Origin: Thermodesulfobacteriota bacterium
GTDB taxonomy: Bacteria; Desulfobacterota; Anaeroferrophillalia; Anaeroferrophillales; Tharpellaceae
Length of the DNA: 64,000 nt
NCBI GenBank assembly: GCA_024763535.1
Contig: JANTFH010000001.1
Span: forward strand, 7,337-71,336
Reading direction: 5' to 3'
Shown here in pieces: positions 28,225 to 37,702 of this stretch (position 1 is the first letter of the stretch; every line of letters starts with the position of its first letter). The position numbers and the translations under genes are program-made. The notes under the pieces are model-generated. The model was not told the DNA's origin and did not search any database. It saw only the letters and a program-made list of their open reading frames with translations.

Positions 28225-29103
28225 GTGAACCGGATAGTTGCAAAAGAGGAGTTCTCACAGAACCCCGGCGTTAAAATGATGCAGATTGAAGCGCCGCGTA
28301 TCGCGAGAAAGGCAAAAGGTGGCCAGTTTGTAGTTTTTCGTCTGAATGAGACTGGAGAACGGGTGCCGCTGACGGTAGCGGATACCGACCCGGAAAAGGG
28401 TCTGGTGACGATTATTTTTCAGGAAGTCGGCAAAAGTACGATGGCTCTGGGTAAACTTGAAGTTGGTGATTGTCTTGCCGATTTTATCGGGCCTCTGGGA
28501 CAGCCGACCCACATGGGTGATTACGGAACGGTACTTTGTGTTGCCGGCGGTATCGGGATTGCCCCGACCCACAATATTGTTAAGGCGTTGAAGGCTCACG
28601 GCAACAAAGTTATCTCGATTATCGGCGCCCGGACCAAGGATCTTCTCTTTTGGGAAGATAAGATGCGGGATTTGAGTGACGAACTCTATGTCTGCACCGA
28701 TGACGGTTCCTACGGAATTCATGGTCTGGTGACCAAGGTCGAAGAGGAGTTGCTCGAAAAAAGCCGGGAAAGTGGTGAGATCGGTCTGGTTATCGGCATC
28801 GGTCCTCCGATTATGATGAAATTTGTCTGCAAGACCTCAGAGCCGTTCGGGGTCAAAACCCTGGTCTCACTTCCGACAATTATGGTTGATGCGACCGGGA
28901 TGTGCGGGGCTTGCCGGGTGACGGTTGGTGGCGAGACTAAATTTGTCTGTGTCGACGGGCCCGAATTTGACGGTCATAAAGTTGATTTTGACGAGATGCT
29001 GAAACGTCAGAGTATCTATCTTGAACAGGAGAAGGTAGCGGTCGAACGCTATCGGCACGGCGACGATTGTGGTTGCTGTGATGAATGCGGAGGTAACCAG
29101 TAA
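28225..29103 (+). CDS. nfnA: NfnA/SudB-type ferredoxin-NADP+ reductase subunit (FAD/NAD-binding, [2Fe-2S])
   Basis: Start moved to GTG 28225 after an AAGGAG SD (MNRIVAKEEF...). Has the FNR-like fold and a C-terminal CGACRV...C...C 2Fe-2S cluster. TAATG overlap with the next gene. Confidence 0.8.
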   Translation: MNRIVAKEEFSQNPGVKMMQIEAPRIARKAKGGQFVVFRLNETGERVPLTVADTDPEKGLVTIIFQEVGKSTMALGKLEVGDCLADFIGPLGQPTHMGDYGTVLCVAGGIGIAPTHNIVKALKAHGNKVISIIGARTKDLLFWEDKMRDLSDELYVCTDDGSYGIHGLVTKVEEELLEKSRESGEIGLVIGIGPPIMMKFVCKTSEPFGVKTLVSLPTIMVDATGMCGACRVTVGGETKFVCVDGPEFDGHKVDFDEMLKRQSIYLEQEKVAVERYRHGDDCGCCDECGGNQ

Positions 29104-30506
29104 TGGCTGAAGAAGTTAATAAAGCAAAAAAACTGCCCCGGCACCCGATGCCGGAACAAGAGGCCAAGGTTCGTGCCCGCAATTTTGATGAGGTGCCTTT
29201 CGGCTACTCCAATGAGACGGCCATGGCGGAAGCGAGCCGTTGTCTGCGCTGCAAGAAACCGAAATGTGTTGAGGGCTGCCCGGTCAATGTCAAGATTCCC
29301 GAATTTGTCGGCCTTATTGCTGACGGTGATTTTATCGGGGCCGCGCATAAACTCAAAGAAACCAATGCTCTGCCGGCGGTCTGCGGCCGGGTTTGTCCTC
29401 AGGAGAGTCAGTGTGAATCTCGCTGTGTGTTGGCGAAAAAGGGTGAGTCGGTGGCAATCGGCCGCCTCGAACGTTTTGCCGCGGACTATGAACGGAATCA
29501 GGGCAAAATGGAATTGCCGAAGATCGCTCCGGCAAGCGGTAAAAAAGTTGCGGTTATCGGTGGCGGGCCGGCCGGTTTAACCGTCGCCGGTGATCTTGTC
29601 AAACTTGGTCACGATGTGACAATCTTTGAGGCTCTGCATAAAACCGGCGGAGTTTTGGTCTATGGCATTCCTGAGTTTCGTCTGCCGAAAGCGATCGTTC
29701 AGGCTGAGGTCGACTATCTTAAGTCTCTGGGAGTCAAAATTATTGAAAGTTATGTTGTCGGCCGGATTGAGACGGTTGATGAACTTTTAGAGCGTTTTGA
29801 TGCCTGTTTTATCGGTACCGGGGCCGGTTTGCCGGTTTTTATGAAACTTGAAGGTGAAAACCTGAACGGGGTCTATTCCGCCAATGAGTATCTGACCCGT
29901 TCCAACCTGATGAAGGCCTATAAGTTCCCTGAATATGATACTCCGATTGTTAAAGGCAAAAGGGTGGCGACCTTCGGCGGCGGTAATGTCGCCATGGATT
30001 CGTCGCGGACGGCCCTGCGTCTCGGGGCGGAGAAATCCTATATTATCTACCGTCGTTCTATGGATGAGATGCCGGCCCGTGACGAAGAGATTCATCATGC
30101 CGGTGAAGAGGGCGTTGAGTTTCTCCTGCTGGCCAATCCTGAGCGTTTGATTGGTGATGAAAAAGGCTGGCTCACCGGGGTTGAATGTATCAAGATGGAG
30201 CTTGGTGAACCGGATGAGTCCGGGCGCCGGCGGCCGCAGCCGATTCCCGGTTCCAATTTTGTGGTTGAAGTTGATACCGTGGTCGTTGCTATCGGCAATG
30301 GGCCGAATCCGCTGGTACCGTCAACCACTCCCGATCTCAAAACCAATCGCTGGGGTAATATTGACGCTGATCTGGAAACCGGCAAAACCAGTATGCCGGG
30401 GGTCTATGCCGGGGGTGATATCGTCACCGGTGCGGCCACGGTTATTGAAGCTATGGGGGCCGGGAAAAAGGCGGCCGTGGCGATTCATGAATATCTTACC
30501 AGTTAG
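29103..30506 (+). CDS. nfnB: NfnB/SudA-type (glutamate synthase small-subunit-like) NADPH-dependent oxidoreductase, 2x[4Fe-4S] + FAD
   Basis: N-terminal Cys clusters CLRCKKPKCVEGCPV and CPQESQCESRCV. GltD-like FAD/NADPH GxGxxG motifs (VAVIGGGPAG; VATFGGGNVAMD). Confidence 0.85.
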   Translation: MAEEVNKAKKLPRHPMPEQEAKVRARNFDEVPFGYSNETAMAEASRCLRCKKPKCVEGCPVNVKIPEFVGLIADGDFIGAAHKLKETNALPAVCGRVCPQESQCESRCVLAKKGESVAIGRLERFAADYERNQGKMELPKIAPASGKKVAVIGGGPAGLTVAGDLVKLGHDVTIFEALHKTGGVLVYGIPEFRLPKAIVQAEVDYLKSLGVKIIESYVVGRIETVDELLERFDACFIGTGAGLPVFMKLEGENLNGVYSANEYLTRSNLMKAYKFPEYDTPIVKGKRVATFGGGNVAMDSSRTALRLGAEKSYIIYRRSMDEMPARDEEIHHAGEEGVEFLLLANPERLIGDEKGWLTGVECIKMELGEPDESGRRRPQPIPGSNFVVEVDTVVVAIGNGPNPLVPSTTPDLKTNRWGNIDADLETGKTSMPGVYAGGDIVTGAATVIEAMGAGKKAAVAIHEYLTS

Positions 30507-30560
30507 CAGCCTGGTTATGCAAATTCGGCTGCAATTAATGCCTCATTAAGTTCGACCAAT

Positions 30561-30598
30561 AAAGAGCAATCGGTTAATGCCGGTTGCTCTTTATTTTT
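30561..30598 (+). terminator. Rho-independent terminator after nfnB
   Basis: AAAGAGCAATCGG...CCGGTTGCTCTTT followed by ATTTTT. Confidence 0.75.
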
Positions 30599-30748
30599 GC
30601 TTTGCGGTAAAAGTGTAATACTGTTTTACTGGCGTTCCGATATTTTGTCGACAACCTTAAAAAGCGGGCAAATGGCAGTTATTGTTGTTCTTTTGCAATA
30701 AAGTGAAATTATTAACTATTTTCCCGATGAGGGAGGCTTAAAAAAATC

Positions 30749-30777
30749 TTGACAATGTCTTTTTTATGGACTATGAG
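30749..30777 (+). promoter_or_regulatory. Candidate sigma70-type promoter for the nuo operon
   Basis: TTGACA, then a 17-nt spacer, then TATGAG, ~150 nt upstream of nuoA. Confidence 0.35.
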
Positions 30778-30927
30778 TCTCGCGATTTTCCGGTCTGAGT
30801 TGTTTTAAAATTGAGTTGCGGAGGGGGTAAGGTTCTTTGCGCGGCTAATTTTCCGGTTTATTTGTTAAGTTTAATCCTTTTTTGTCGAGTTTAATTCTTT
30901 TTTAATGTTCGGTAACAGGGGGATTTG

Positions 30928-31320
30928 ATGCCTGCTCCGCACGTCCTTGATTTTGTCTATGTTATCGTGGTTCTGGCTGGTGGTATTATCGCCGGATTCG
31001 CGCCTTTCGTAATTTCCGATATCTTTCGTCCCCGGGTAGTTAATAAGAAGACCCTGCTCACCTATGAGTGCGGGATGGATCCTTACGGCTCCGCCTGGGA
31101 TATTCGTTTCGGAGCGGCATATTATCTGTATGCCCTGATTTTTCTGGCCTTTGATGTTGATATTCTCTATCTCTTCCCGGTAGCTGCAGCCTATGATCGT
31201 GTATCCAGCATGCAGGGGGTTTTGGAACTATTTCTTTTTGTCGGAATTTTGACCCTGGCTATCGCATATATCTGGGTTAAAGGAGTTTTTACGTGGGCGA
31301 TCAAGAGAGAGGAAAACTAG
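30928..31320 (+). CDS. nuoA: NADH-quinone oxidoreductase subunit A
   Basis: ~130-aa 3-TM protein with the conserved ND3 pattern ([33 protein letters not shown]). ATG 30928 follows an AGGGGG SD. Confidence 0.9.
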   Translation: MPAPHVLDFVYVIVVLAGGIIAGFAPFVISDIFRPRVVNKKTLLTYECGMDPYGSAWDIRFGAAYYLYALIFLAFDVDILYLFPVAAAYDRVSSMQGVLELFLFVGILTLAIAYIWVKGVFTWAIKREEN

Positions 31321-31892
31321 GGGTCCACTCCTATGCAGCCGAGCTTCAGGAGCGGCTGCAGAGAGGAGAACCGGGAAATCTTGTAGTCAGAGATCCGGGG
31401 CCGCTGGTTCAGAATAAAATAGCCGATCAGATCTTCGATATCTGCCGGGCCAACTCACTCTGGCCGATGACTTTCGGGCTGGCCTGCTGTGCGATCGAGA
31501 TGATGAGTCTGGGAATGGCCCGTTTTGATATCTCCCGTTTCGGCTCTGAAGTTTTCCGGCCTTCGCCGCGCCAGAGTGATCTGATGATTGTTGCCGGTAC
31601 GGTTAATAAGAAGATGGCCTCCGCGGTGATGACTCTTTATGATCAGATGCCTTCACCCAAGTGGGTTATTGCCATGGGTAACTGCGCGATTTCCGGCGGC
31701 CCTTTTGCCGTGGGTGAGAACTATAATGTGGTTGAAGGGGTCGATAAACTGATTCCGGTTGATGTCTATGTTCCCGGTTGCCCGCCGCGTCCGGAAGGAC
31801 TGCTCGAAGGCATCCTGAAACTCCAGGAGAAAATTACCGGGGTTCGCCATCCGTTCCCCCAGAGGAAGATGTCCGATGCACCCAGCTACTGA
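31293..31892 (+). CDS. nuoB: NADH-quinone oxidoreductase subunit B (N2 [4Fe-4S])
   Basis: GTG start 7 nt after an [17 protein letters not shown], the conserved GNCAISGG-type segment and CPPRPE cluster ligands. Confidence 0.9.
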   Translation: MGDQERGKLGVHSYAAELQERLQRGEPGNLVVRDPGPLVQNKIADQIFDICRANSLWPMTFGLACCAIEMMSLGMARFDISRFGSEVFRPSPRQSDLMIVAGTVNKKMASAVMTLYDQMPSPKWVIAMGNCAISGGPFAVGENYNVVEGVDKLIPVDVYVPGCPPRPEGLLEGILKLQEKITGVRHPFPQRKMSDAPSY

Positions 31893-32388
31893 GAAACTTG
31901 TCAGCCTCCTTAAGGAGAAATCCTTTGCGGTTGAGGCCTGTGATTACGCCCAGCGCGGCTACCACCTCGAGATAGATCTTGAAGCGGACCGGTTACGTGA
32001 ATTGGCTCAGTGTCTGTTGGCTGAGGAGATGTATCTGGTCTTCGTCGGCGGTCTTCATGTAGCCCCGGCCATTGAAGTTGTTTATCAGTTTGCAAGTTAC
32101 GACAGAGCCTGCCGGCTGGTCGTAAGGGTGGCGGCAGACGGCGATAATAAAGTGCCGACGATCTCCGATATCTATCACGGAGCCAACTGGCATGAGCGCG
32201 AGACCCGCGATTTCTTCGGAGTCGATTTTGTCGGTCATCCCAACTTGATCCCGCTGATTCTGGCCGAAGAGGATGTCGATTTAAAGCCTCTGTTGAAAGC
32301 AGATGATGACCTGAAAGAGTCAGCGGCGTTGCGCTGGGTTACTGTGGAAGAGCAACCTGAAACCGAAGAGAAGGCGGATAAGGACTGA
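31876..32388 (+). CDS. nuoC: NADH-quinone oxidoreductase subunit C
   Basis: 170 aa, NuoC/30-kDa-subunit core ([21 protein letters not shown]). Confidence 0.85.
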   Translation: MHPATEKLVSLLKEKSFAVEACDYAQRGYHLEIDLEADRLRELAQCLLAEEMYLVFVGGLHVAPAIEVVYQFASYDRACRLVVRVAADGDNKVPTISDIYHGANWHERETRDFFGVDFVGHPNLIPLILAEEDVDLKPLLKADDDLKESAALRWVTVEEQPETEEKADKD

Positions 32389-33524
32389 TGGAAACTGCAC
32401 AGCTAAATCTGGAGCCGGCAACTGATATCCCGCACGATAATCGCTACTATCTTAATATGGGGCCGCAGCATCCGAGTACGCACGGGGTACTGCGGGTTCT
32501 TCTGGAGATGGACGGTGAATATATCATCAATCCGCAGCCGGTCTTAGGTTATGGCCACCGGATGCATGAGAAGATGGCCGAGCATAAAAACTGGATGGCC
32601 TTCATGCCCAATACCGGGCGCATGGATTATGCCGCGGCCCTGCCCTATAATCATGGTTATGTCGCCCTGTATGAACGGCTCTGCGGCATTGAGGTTCCGG
32701 AGCGGGCCGAATATATCCGCGTCATTACTTCGGAGTTGAACCGACTGGTCAGCCATCATCTCTGGCTCGGGGCATTTCTGCTTGATCTCGGGGCCTTCAC
32801 CCCGATCCTCTATACCTTTATCGACCGGGAAAAGGTTCTCGATATTCTTGAAGACATTACCGGTTCGCGCCTGACTTACTGTTACTTCCGGGTCGGCGGC
32901 GTAAGTAAGGATATTGACGATAAATTTGTCGAACGCACCCGTGAATTCATCAAGTATCAGCGGCAGCGTTTTGATGTTTACAACAAACTGGTGACCGGTA
33001 ATATTATCTTCATCAAGCGGGCCGAAGGGGTCGGGGTCATCAGCAAGGATATGGCCTTGCGTTACGGGGTTACGGGGCCGGTGGCCCGGGGTTCCGGTAT
33101 CAATTACGACGTTCGTAAAAATGAGCCCTATTCGGTTTATTCCAAGTTTGATTTTGAGATTCCGTTAGGTCAGAACGGTGATTCGCTTGATCGTTACATG
33201 GTCAGGTTGAATGAGATGGAACAGAGCCTGAGGATTATTGAGCAGGCTCTGGATCAACTGCCGGAGGGCCCTTACCTGGCAAAGGCTCCGAAAAAGCTGA
33301 AAATGCCGGTTGGTGATTCCAGCTTCTCGGTTGAGGCGGCCCGCGGTGAGTTGACCTATTATATGATCAGCGGCGGCGGCGATATTCCCTATCGTCTTAA
33401 AATCCGGGTGCCCTCATATTCAAATCTAAGTGTCCTGCCCGAATTGGGTCAGGGAATCCTGCTTTCCGATCTGGTTACGGCAATGGGGAGTCTGGATCTG
33501 GTAATCCCCGAGATTGATCGATAG
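32388..33524 (+). CDS. nuoD: NADH-quinone oxidoreductase subunit D
   Basis: 378 aa, 49-kDa subunit motifs (GPQHPSTHGVLRV; RIIEQAL...; C-terminal VIPEIDR). ATGA overlap with nuoC. Confidence 0.9.
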   Translation: METAQLNLEPATDIPHDNRYYLNMGPQHPSTHGVLRVLLEMDGEYIINPQPVLGYGHRMHEKMAEHKNWMAFMPNTGRMDYAAALPYNHGYVALYERLCGIEVPERAEYIRVITSELNRLVSHHLWLGAFLLDLGAFTPILYTFIDREKVLDILEDITGSRLTYCYFRVGGVSKDIDDKFVERTREFIKYQRQRFDVYNKLVTGNIIFIKRAEGVGVISKDMALRYGVTGPVARGSGINYDVRKNEPYSVYSKFDFEIPLGQNGDSLDRYMVRLNEMEQSLRIIEQALDQLPEGPYLAKAPKKLKMPVGDSSFSVEAARGELTYYMISGGGDIPYRLKIRVPSYSNLSVLPELGQGILLSDLVTAMGSLDLVIPEIDR

Positions 33525-33634
33525 TTTGTGAACTGAGCCATTTGTAGTACTCTTTAGTAAAAGGTACTTATTTGCGGGCTGAAAAGGCCGTCTTAAGGTT
33601 GCGGGGTTGGTTCCCGCATTAGTGGAGTAGTGAT

Positions 33635-34603
33635 ATGCCCCCTGAGTTGTTACGTATGATCATCGCCGCCGTGCTGGTGGTGGCCTTTGTTTTCTTGAAC
33701 GCCATGATCTTAGGTTACATGGAGCGTAAGGTTTCGGCTCATATTCAGCGTCGTCCGGGATTGATGGAAGTCGGCCCGCACGGGGTACTGCAGTTGATTA
33801 TTGATGGCCTGAAACTGATCGGTAAACAGCTGGTCGTGCCTGAAGGCTCGAACCGCTTCCTGTTTCGTCTGGCCCCGCTGCTCTCTTTTGCTCCCTGTGT
33901 GTTGCCGTTTGTTGTAATTCCTTTCAGTAAGAAGTTGCAGATTGTTTCAATGGATATCAGCCTGATATTCATTCTCGCCATGACCTCAATCAATGTTATC
34001 GCCATTCTGGTTGCGGGCTGGGCCTCAAACAACAAATATTCACTCTTTGGTACCTTTCGTTCCGTCGCCCAGGCGGTCTCCTACGAGATTCCGATGCTGC
34101 TCTCTCTGCTCTCGATTATTTTGATGACCAGTACTTTCAGTCTGCAGGGGATTATCGCGGCCCAGAAATATTACTGGTTTATTCTGGTGCAGCCGCTGGC
34201 TTTTATCATCTACTTTGTCTCCGGTCTGGCCGAGACCAACCGGGCGCCTTTCGATATACCTGAAGCCGAGAGTGAGTTGACGGCCGGTTTTCATACCGAG
34301 TACAGCGGTATGGGTTTCAGCTTTTTCTTTCTTGCAGAATATGCCAACATGTTTACCGTCTGTTCCATCGCGACGGTGCTATTTTTGGGCGGCTGGAAGG
34401 GTATCCCGCTGCCGTTGGGTGATTTTACCGGTATTGTCTGGTTTCTGCTCAAGGTCTATGGCCTGCTTTTTGTCATGATCTGGGCTCGTTGGACTTATCC
34501 CCGGGTGCGTTTTGATCAATTGATGAGTTTCTGCTGGAAATATTTGATCCCCTTCGCCCTGGCTAACCTTCTCATTACAGCGGTAGTGGTTAAACTGATA
34601 TGA
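33635..34603 (+). CDS. nuoH: NADH-quinone oxidoreductase subunit H
   Basis: 322-aa 8-TM ND1 homolog (MERKVSAHIQRRPG...; AETNRAPFDIPEAESELTAGFHTEYSG). Confidence 0.9.
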   Translation: MPPELLRMIIAAVLVVAFVFLNAMILGYMERKVSAHIQRRPGLMEVGPHGVLQLIIDGLKLIGKQLVVPEGSNRFLFRLAPLLSFAPCVLPFVVIPFSKKLQIVSMDISLIFILAMTSINVIAILVAGWASNNKYSLFGTFRSVAQAVSYEIPMLLSLLSIILMTSTFSLQGIIAAQKYYWFILVQPLAFIIYFVSGLAETNRAPFDIPEAESELTAGFHTEYSGMGFSFFFLAEYANMFTVCSIATVLFLGGWKGIPLPLGDFTGIVWFLLKVYGLLFVMIWARWTYPRVRFDQLMSFCWKYLIPFALANLLITAVVVKLI

Positions 34604-35079
34604 GCAAACGAGGATATTTTGGTGAACTCTGGTTCGGCGCCAAGAGTTTGCTGATTGGTCTGAAAGTGACCATAGTCGAGATGTTTAAGCCGATTGTTAC
34701 GGTTCAGTACCCGCGCGAAGAGTGTGATATCACACCCAACTACCGCGGCCACATTGAGCTGGTTTTTAATTCGGAAACCGGTGGCAGCAACTGCATTGTC
34801 TGCGGTTTATGCGCCCGGGCCTGCCCTTCCGACTGCATTATTGTCGAAGGTGAGAAAAAAGAGGGTGAAAAACGAAAAACCTTAACCCGGTTTTCTCTTG
34901 ATTTTACTAAATGCAGTCTTTGTGGCAGTTGTGTTGAGGCTTGTAATAAATCGGCTATTGACTATTCACAGGATTACAATATCGCTGGATTCAGCCGCGA
35001 AGAGTTTCACTACGATCTCATCGAGCGGCTCAATCGCCGGCATATCCAACCCTTTGCTGCGGCCGCCGGAGGCAACTGA
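34600..35079 (+). CDS. nuoI: NADH-quinone oxidoreductase subunit I (2x[4Fe-4S] ferredoxin-like)
   Basis: CIVCGLCARACP and CSLCGSCVEAC motifs. Confidence 0.9.
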   Translation: MSKRGYFGELWFGAKSLLIGLKVTIVEMFKPIVTVQYPREECDITPNYRGHIELVFNSETGGSNCIVCGLCARACPSDCIIVEGEKKEGEKRKTLTRFSLDFTKCSLCGSCVEACNKSAIDYSQDYNIAGFSREEFHYDLIERLNRRHIQPFAAAAGGN

Positions 35080-35603
35080 TGGTTTACGGAACCTTTACTG
35101 AAGTTTTCTTCTATCTTTTTGTCACTCTGATTGCTTTTGGGGCCCTGGTGGCGGTGACTTCACCGATCCTGATGAAAGCGGTAATGGGGCTGGCAATGGC
35201 GATGTTCGGGGTTGCCGGACTCTACCTCTATCTTAACAGCCCGTTTCTGGCGCTGATGCAGATTCTTATCTATGTCGGAGCGGTTTGCATCATGATTGTT
35301 TTCGGGATTATGGTCGGCTATACGCCGAAACAGCTGGCTGAATATGCGATCGGGCCGAAAAATACGGTTCTGGCGATTGTGACCTCGCTCCTGACTGTCG
35401 GGGTGCTGGCCTTTGCTCTGGTTAAAACCCAATGGGTAGAGGTGGCCGGTGCGGGTGCCGGCGATTACAGCCTGGCGCATCTGGGTGAAACCCTGATGAC
35501 CCGTTACGGTCTGGCTTTTGAACTTATCTCGGTTGTTCTCATGATTGCTATGGTCGGTGCGGTAGCGATTACCTGGAACGGCAAACGTAGGGGGATCAAG
35601 TAA
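35079..35603 (+). CDS. nuoJ: NADH-quinone oxidoreductase subunit J
   Basis: 174-aa ND6-like hydrophobic protein between nuoI and nuoK. Confidence 0.8.
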   Translation: MVYGTFTEVFFYLFVTLIAFGALVAVTSPILMKAVMGLAMAMFGVAGLYLYLNSPFLALMQILIYVGAVCIMIVFGIMVGYTPKQLAEYAIGPKNTVLAIVTSLLTVGVLAFALVKTQWVEVAGAGAGDYSLAHLGETLMTRYGLAFELISVVLMIAMVGAVAITWNGKRRGIK

Positions 35604-35918
35604 GTGATTAGTTATACTCTTCATACCTATCTGTTAATTGCCGTCTTTTTGCTGGCTGCAGGTTTGTACGGCATGATGCAGCATCGTTCATTGATCGGCA
35701 TGCTGATCTCAATCGAGTTGATCTTAAATGGTGCCGGACTTAATTTCATGGCCTTTAACCGTTTTTTAGCTCCGGATCCGACTACCGGACAGATCTTTAC
35801 ACTTTTTATTATGGGCCTGGCCGCAGCGGAAGCAGCGATAGCTGTCAGTCTGATCTTTGCGGTCTACCGGAAATATAAAACATCCGATCCCGAGCAGATT
35901 TCCGATCTGCGCGGTTAG
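35604..35918 (+). CDS. nuoK: NADH-quinone oxidoreductase subunit K
   Basis: 104-aa ND4L-like 3-TM protein (GLYGMMQHRSLIGMLISIELILNG, conserved Glu). GTG start abuts the nuoJ stop. Confidence 0.85.
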   Translation: MISYTLHTYLLIAVFLLAAGLYGMMQHRSLIGMLISIELILNGAGLNFMAFNRFLAPDPTTGQIFTLFIMGLAAAEAAIAVSLIFAVYRKYKTSDPEQISDLRG

Positions 35919-35942
35919 CGGGGATAGAGGTTATAAATAGAT

Positions 35943-37436
35943 ATGGATACAATTATTACCAGTAAAGTCCTGCTGACCTCAGCCTTGCCGATGTTGACGG
36001 CCCTGCTTATCATGTTCTCCGGCAAGAGGCCGAATCTGCGGGAGTCGTGGTCGGTGATTGGTGCGATTCTGACCTTTCTCTCCGTCTTAAGTCTCTTGCC
36101 GCATATTCTGGCGGGCGGCTCTTACGAGTTCACTCTGGCGACTCTCTATCCCGGAGTCAATATCAAGTTTCACCTTGATGGTCTGGGAATTCTCTTTGCC
36201 GGGACCGCATCATTTCTCTGGATTCTGGCCGGTTTCTACTGTATCGGTTATATGCGGGGCCTGGATGAGCACGCGCAGACCCGGTTTTATGTCTGTTACG
36301 CGGTTGCGGTCGGGGCGGCGATGGGCGCCGCGTTTGCCGGCAGCCTCTTTACCCTCTATCTCTTTTATGAGATCGTTTCCATCTTTACCTATCCGCTGGT
36401 AGCCCATCATCAGGATGCCGAGGGCTATGCCGGGGCCAAGAAATATATTGTCTATCTGATGTTTACCTCAAAGGCGTTTCTGCTGCCGGCAATGGTAATC
36501 ATCTTTATGCAGTGCGGCACCCTCGATTTCTGCTACACCGGGATTCTCAACGGTATCTTTCCGGCCGGGGCTAATCACACGCTGGTGGTGGTCTCCTATC
36601 TGCTCTGTCTCTTCGGTTTTGCCAAAGCCGGGATCATGCCTCTGCATAACTGGCTGCCTTCAGCCATGGTGGCGCCGACTCCGGTCAGTGCCCTCCTGCA
36701 TGCAGTTGTCGTGGTAAAAGTCGGGGTCTTTTCAACCTGCCGGGTTATGCTGTCGGTATTCGGTGTGCAGATGTTGCAGAGTCTCAACCTAGGCATAATA
36801 ACCGCCTATTTTGTTTCGTTTACCATAATAACCGCTTCGATAATTGCTTTGAGTAAAAGCAACCTTAAAGCCCGGCTGGCATATTCGACTATCAGCCAAC
36901 TCTCCTATATCATTCTCGGTGTGGCGATGCTGACTCCGAGCGGGATTACCGGTGGTCTGGTTCATATTGCCAACCACGCTTTCTCCAAGATTACCCTCTT
37001 TTTCTGCGCTGGCGCCATCTTTGTCGCCACCGGCAAAAAGGATATCAAGGAGATGGGCGGTTTAGGTTACCGGATGCCGCTGACCATGATCGCTTTCGGG
37101 ATTGCTTCGTTGAGTATGATCGGGGTGCCGCCTTCATGCGGTTTTGTGACCAAATGGTTTCTCGCTTTGGGAGCGATGGAGCTGAAGAGTGTCGGTTTGC
37201 TGGTTGTTTTGCTGGCCAGTAGTTTGCTGAACGCCGGTTACTTTGTGCCGGTGTTCCTGAAAGCCTTTTTTGGTAAAGTTGCCCCGGCGGATGCGGAAAT
37301 GACCGGTTCGCTTGAGAATAAACCGTTGATCCTTTTTATGGTGGTGCCGCTGTTGATTACTGCGATTATTTCAATGGTTATCGGTATCTATCCGGATCTC
37401 TTTCTTAATATTATACATGTAATGGTGGGAGCATGA
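35943..37436 (+). CDS. Additional Mrp/NuoM-type antiporter-like subunit inserted between nuoK and nuoL
   Basis: 497-aa polytopic protein of the NuoL/M/N/MrpD superfamily (AYSTISQLSYIILGV; LHNWLPSAMVAPTPVSALLHA). It lacks the long C-terminal amphipathic helix of NuoL. Confidence 0.7.
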   Translation: MDTIITSKVLLTSALPMLTALLIMFSGKRPNLRESWSVIGAILTFLSVLSLLPHILAGGSYEFTLATLYPGVNIKFHLDGLGILFAGTASFLWILAGFYCIGYMRGLDEHAQTRFYVCYAVAVGAAMGAAFAGSLFTLYLFYEIVSIFTYPLVAHHQDAEGYAGAKKYIVYLMFTSKAFLLPAMVIIFMQCGTLDFCYTGILNGIFPAGANHTLVVVSYLLCLFGFAKAGIMPLHNWLPSAMVAPTPVSALLHAVVVVKVGVFSTCRVMLSVFGVQMLQSLNLGIITAYFVSFTIITASIIALSKSNLKARLAYSTISQLSYIILGVAMLTPSGITGGLVHIANHAFSKITLFFCAGAIFVATGKKDIKEMGGLGYRMPLTMIAFGIASLSMIGVPPSCGFVTKWFLALGAMELKSVGLLVVLLASSLLNAGYFVPVFLKAFFGKVAPADAEMTGSLENKPLILFMVVPLLITAIISMVIGIYPDLFLNIIHVMVGA

Positions 37437-37702
37437 TGGCTAAAGTTTTAGGTTATCTGCAGGCACATGCAAATGTCTTGAAATGGATATTTTTTGCTTT
37501 TCTGCTCGGGACTCTGGTGTTCGACTTTATGATCGAGAGACATCACGCGCATTTCTGGGGTGACTCTATAATCGGATTCTGGTCCCTGTTTACACTTTTC
37601 GGCTGTCTCGGCATGATAGTTTTTTGCAAGGGACTCTCGCACGTCTGGCTGGCCCAGCCTGAAGATTTCTACGATAGAGAGGATTCTGATAATGTTGAGT
37701 AA
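37433..37702 (+). CDS. Small 2-TM membrane protein embedded in the nuo operon
   Basis: 89 aa, two hydrophobic helices (WIFFAFLLGTLVFDFMI; IGFWSLFTLFGCLGMIVF) and an acidic tail. Start overlaps the upstream stop and the stop overlaps the nuoL start. Confidence 0.5.
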   Translation: MMAKVLGYLQAHANVLKWIFFAFLLGTLVFDFMIERHHAHFWGDSIIGFWSLFTLFGCLGMIVFCKGLSHVWLAQPEDFYDREDSDNVE

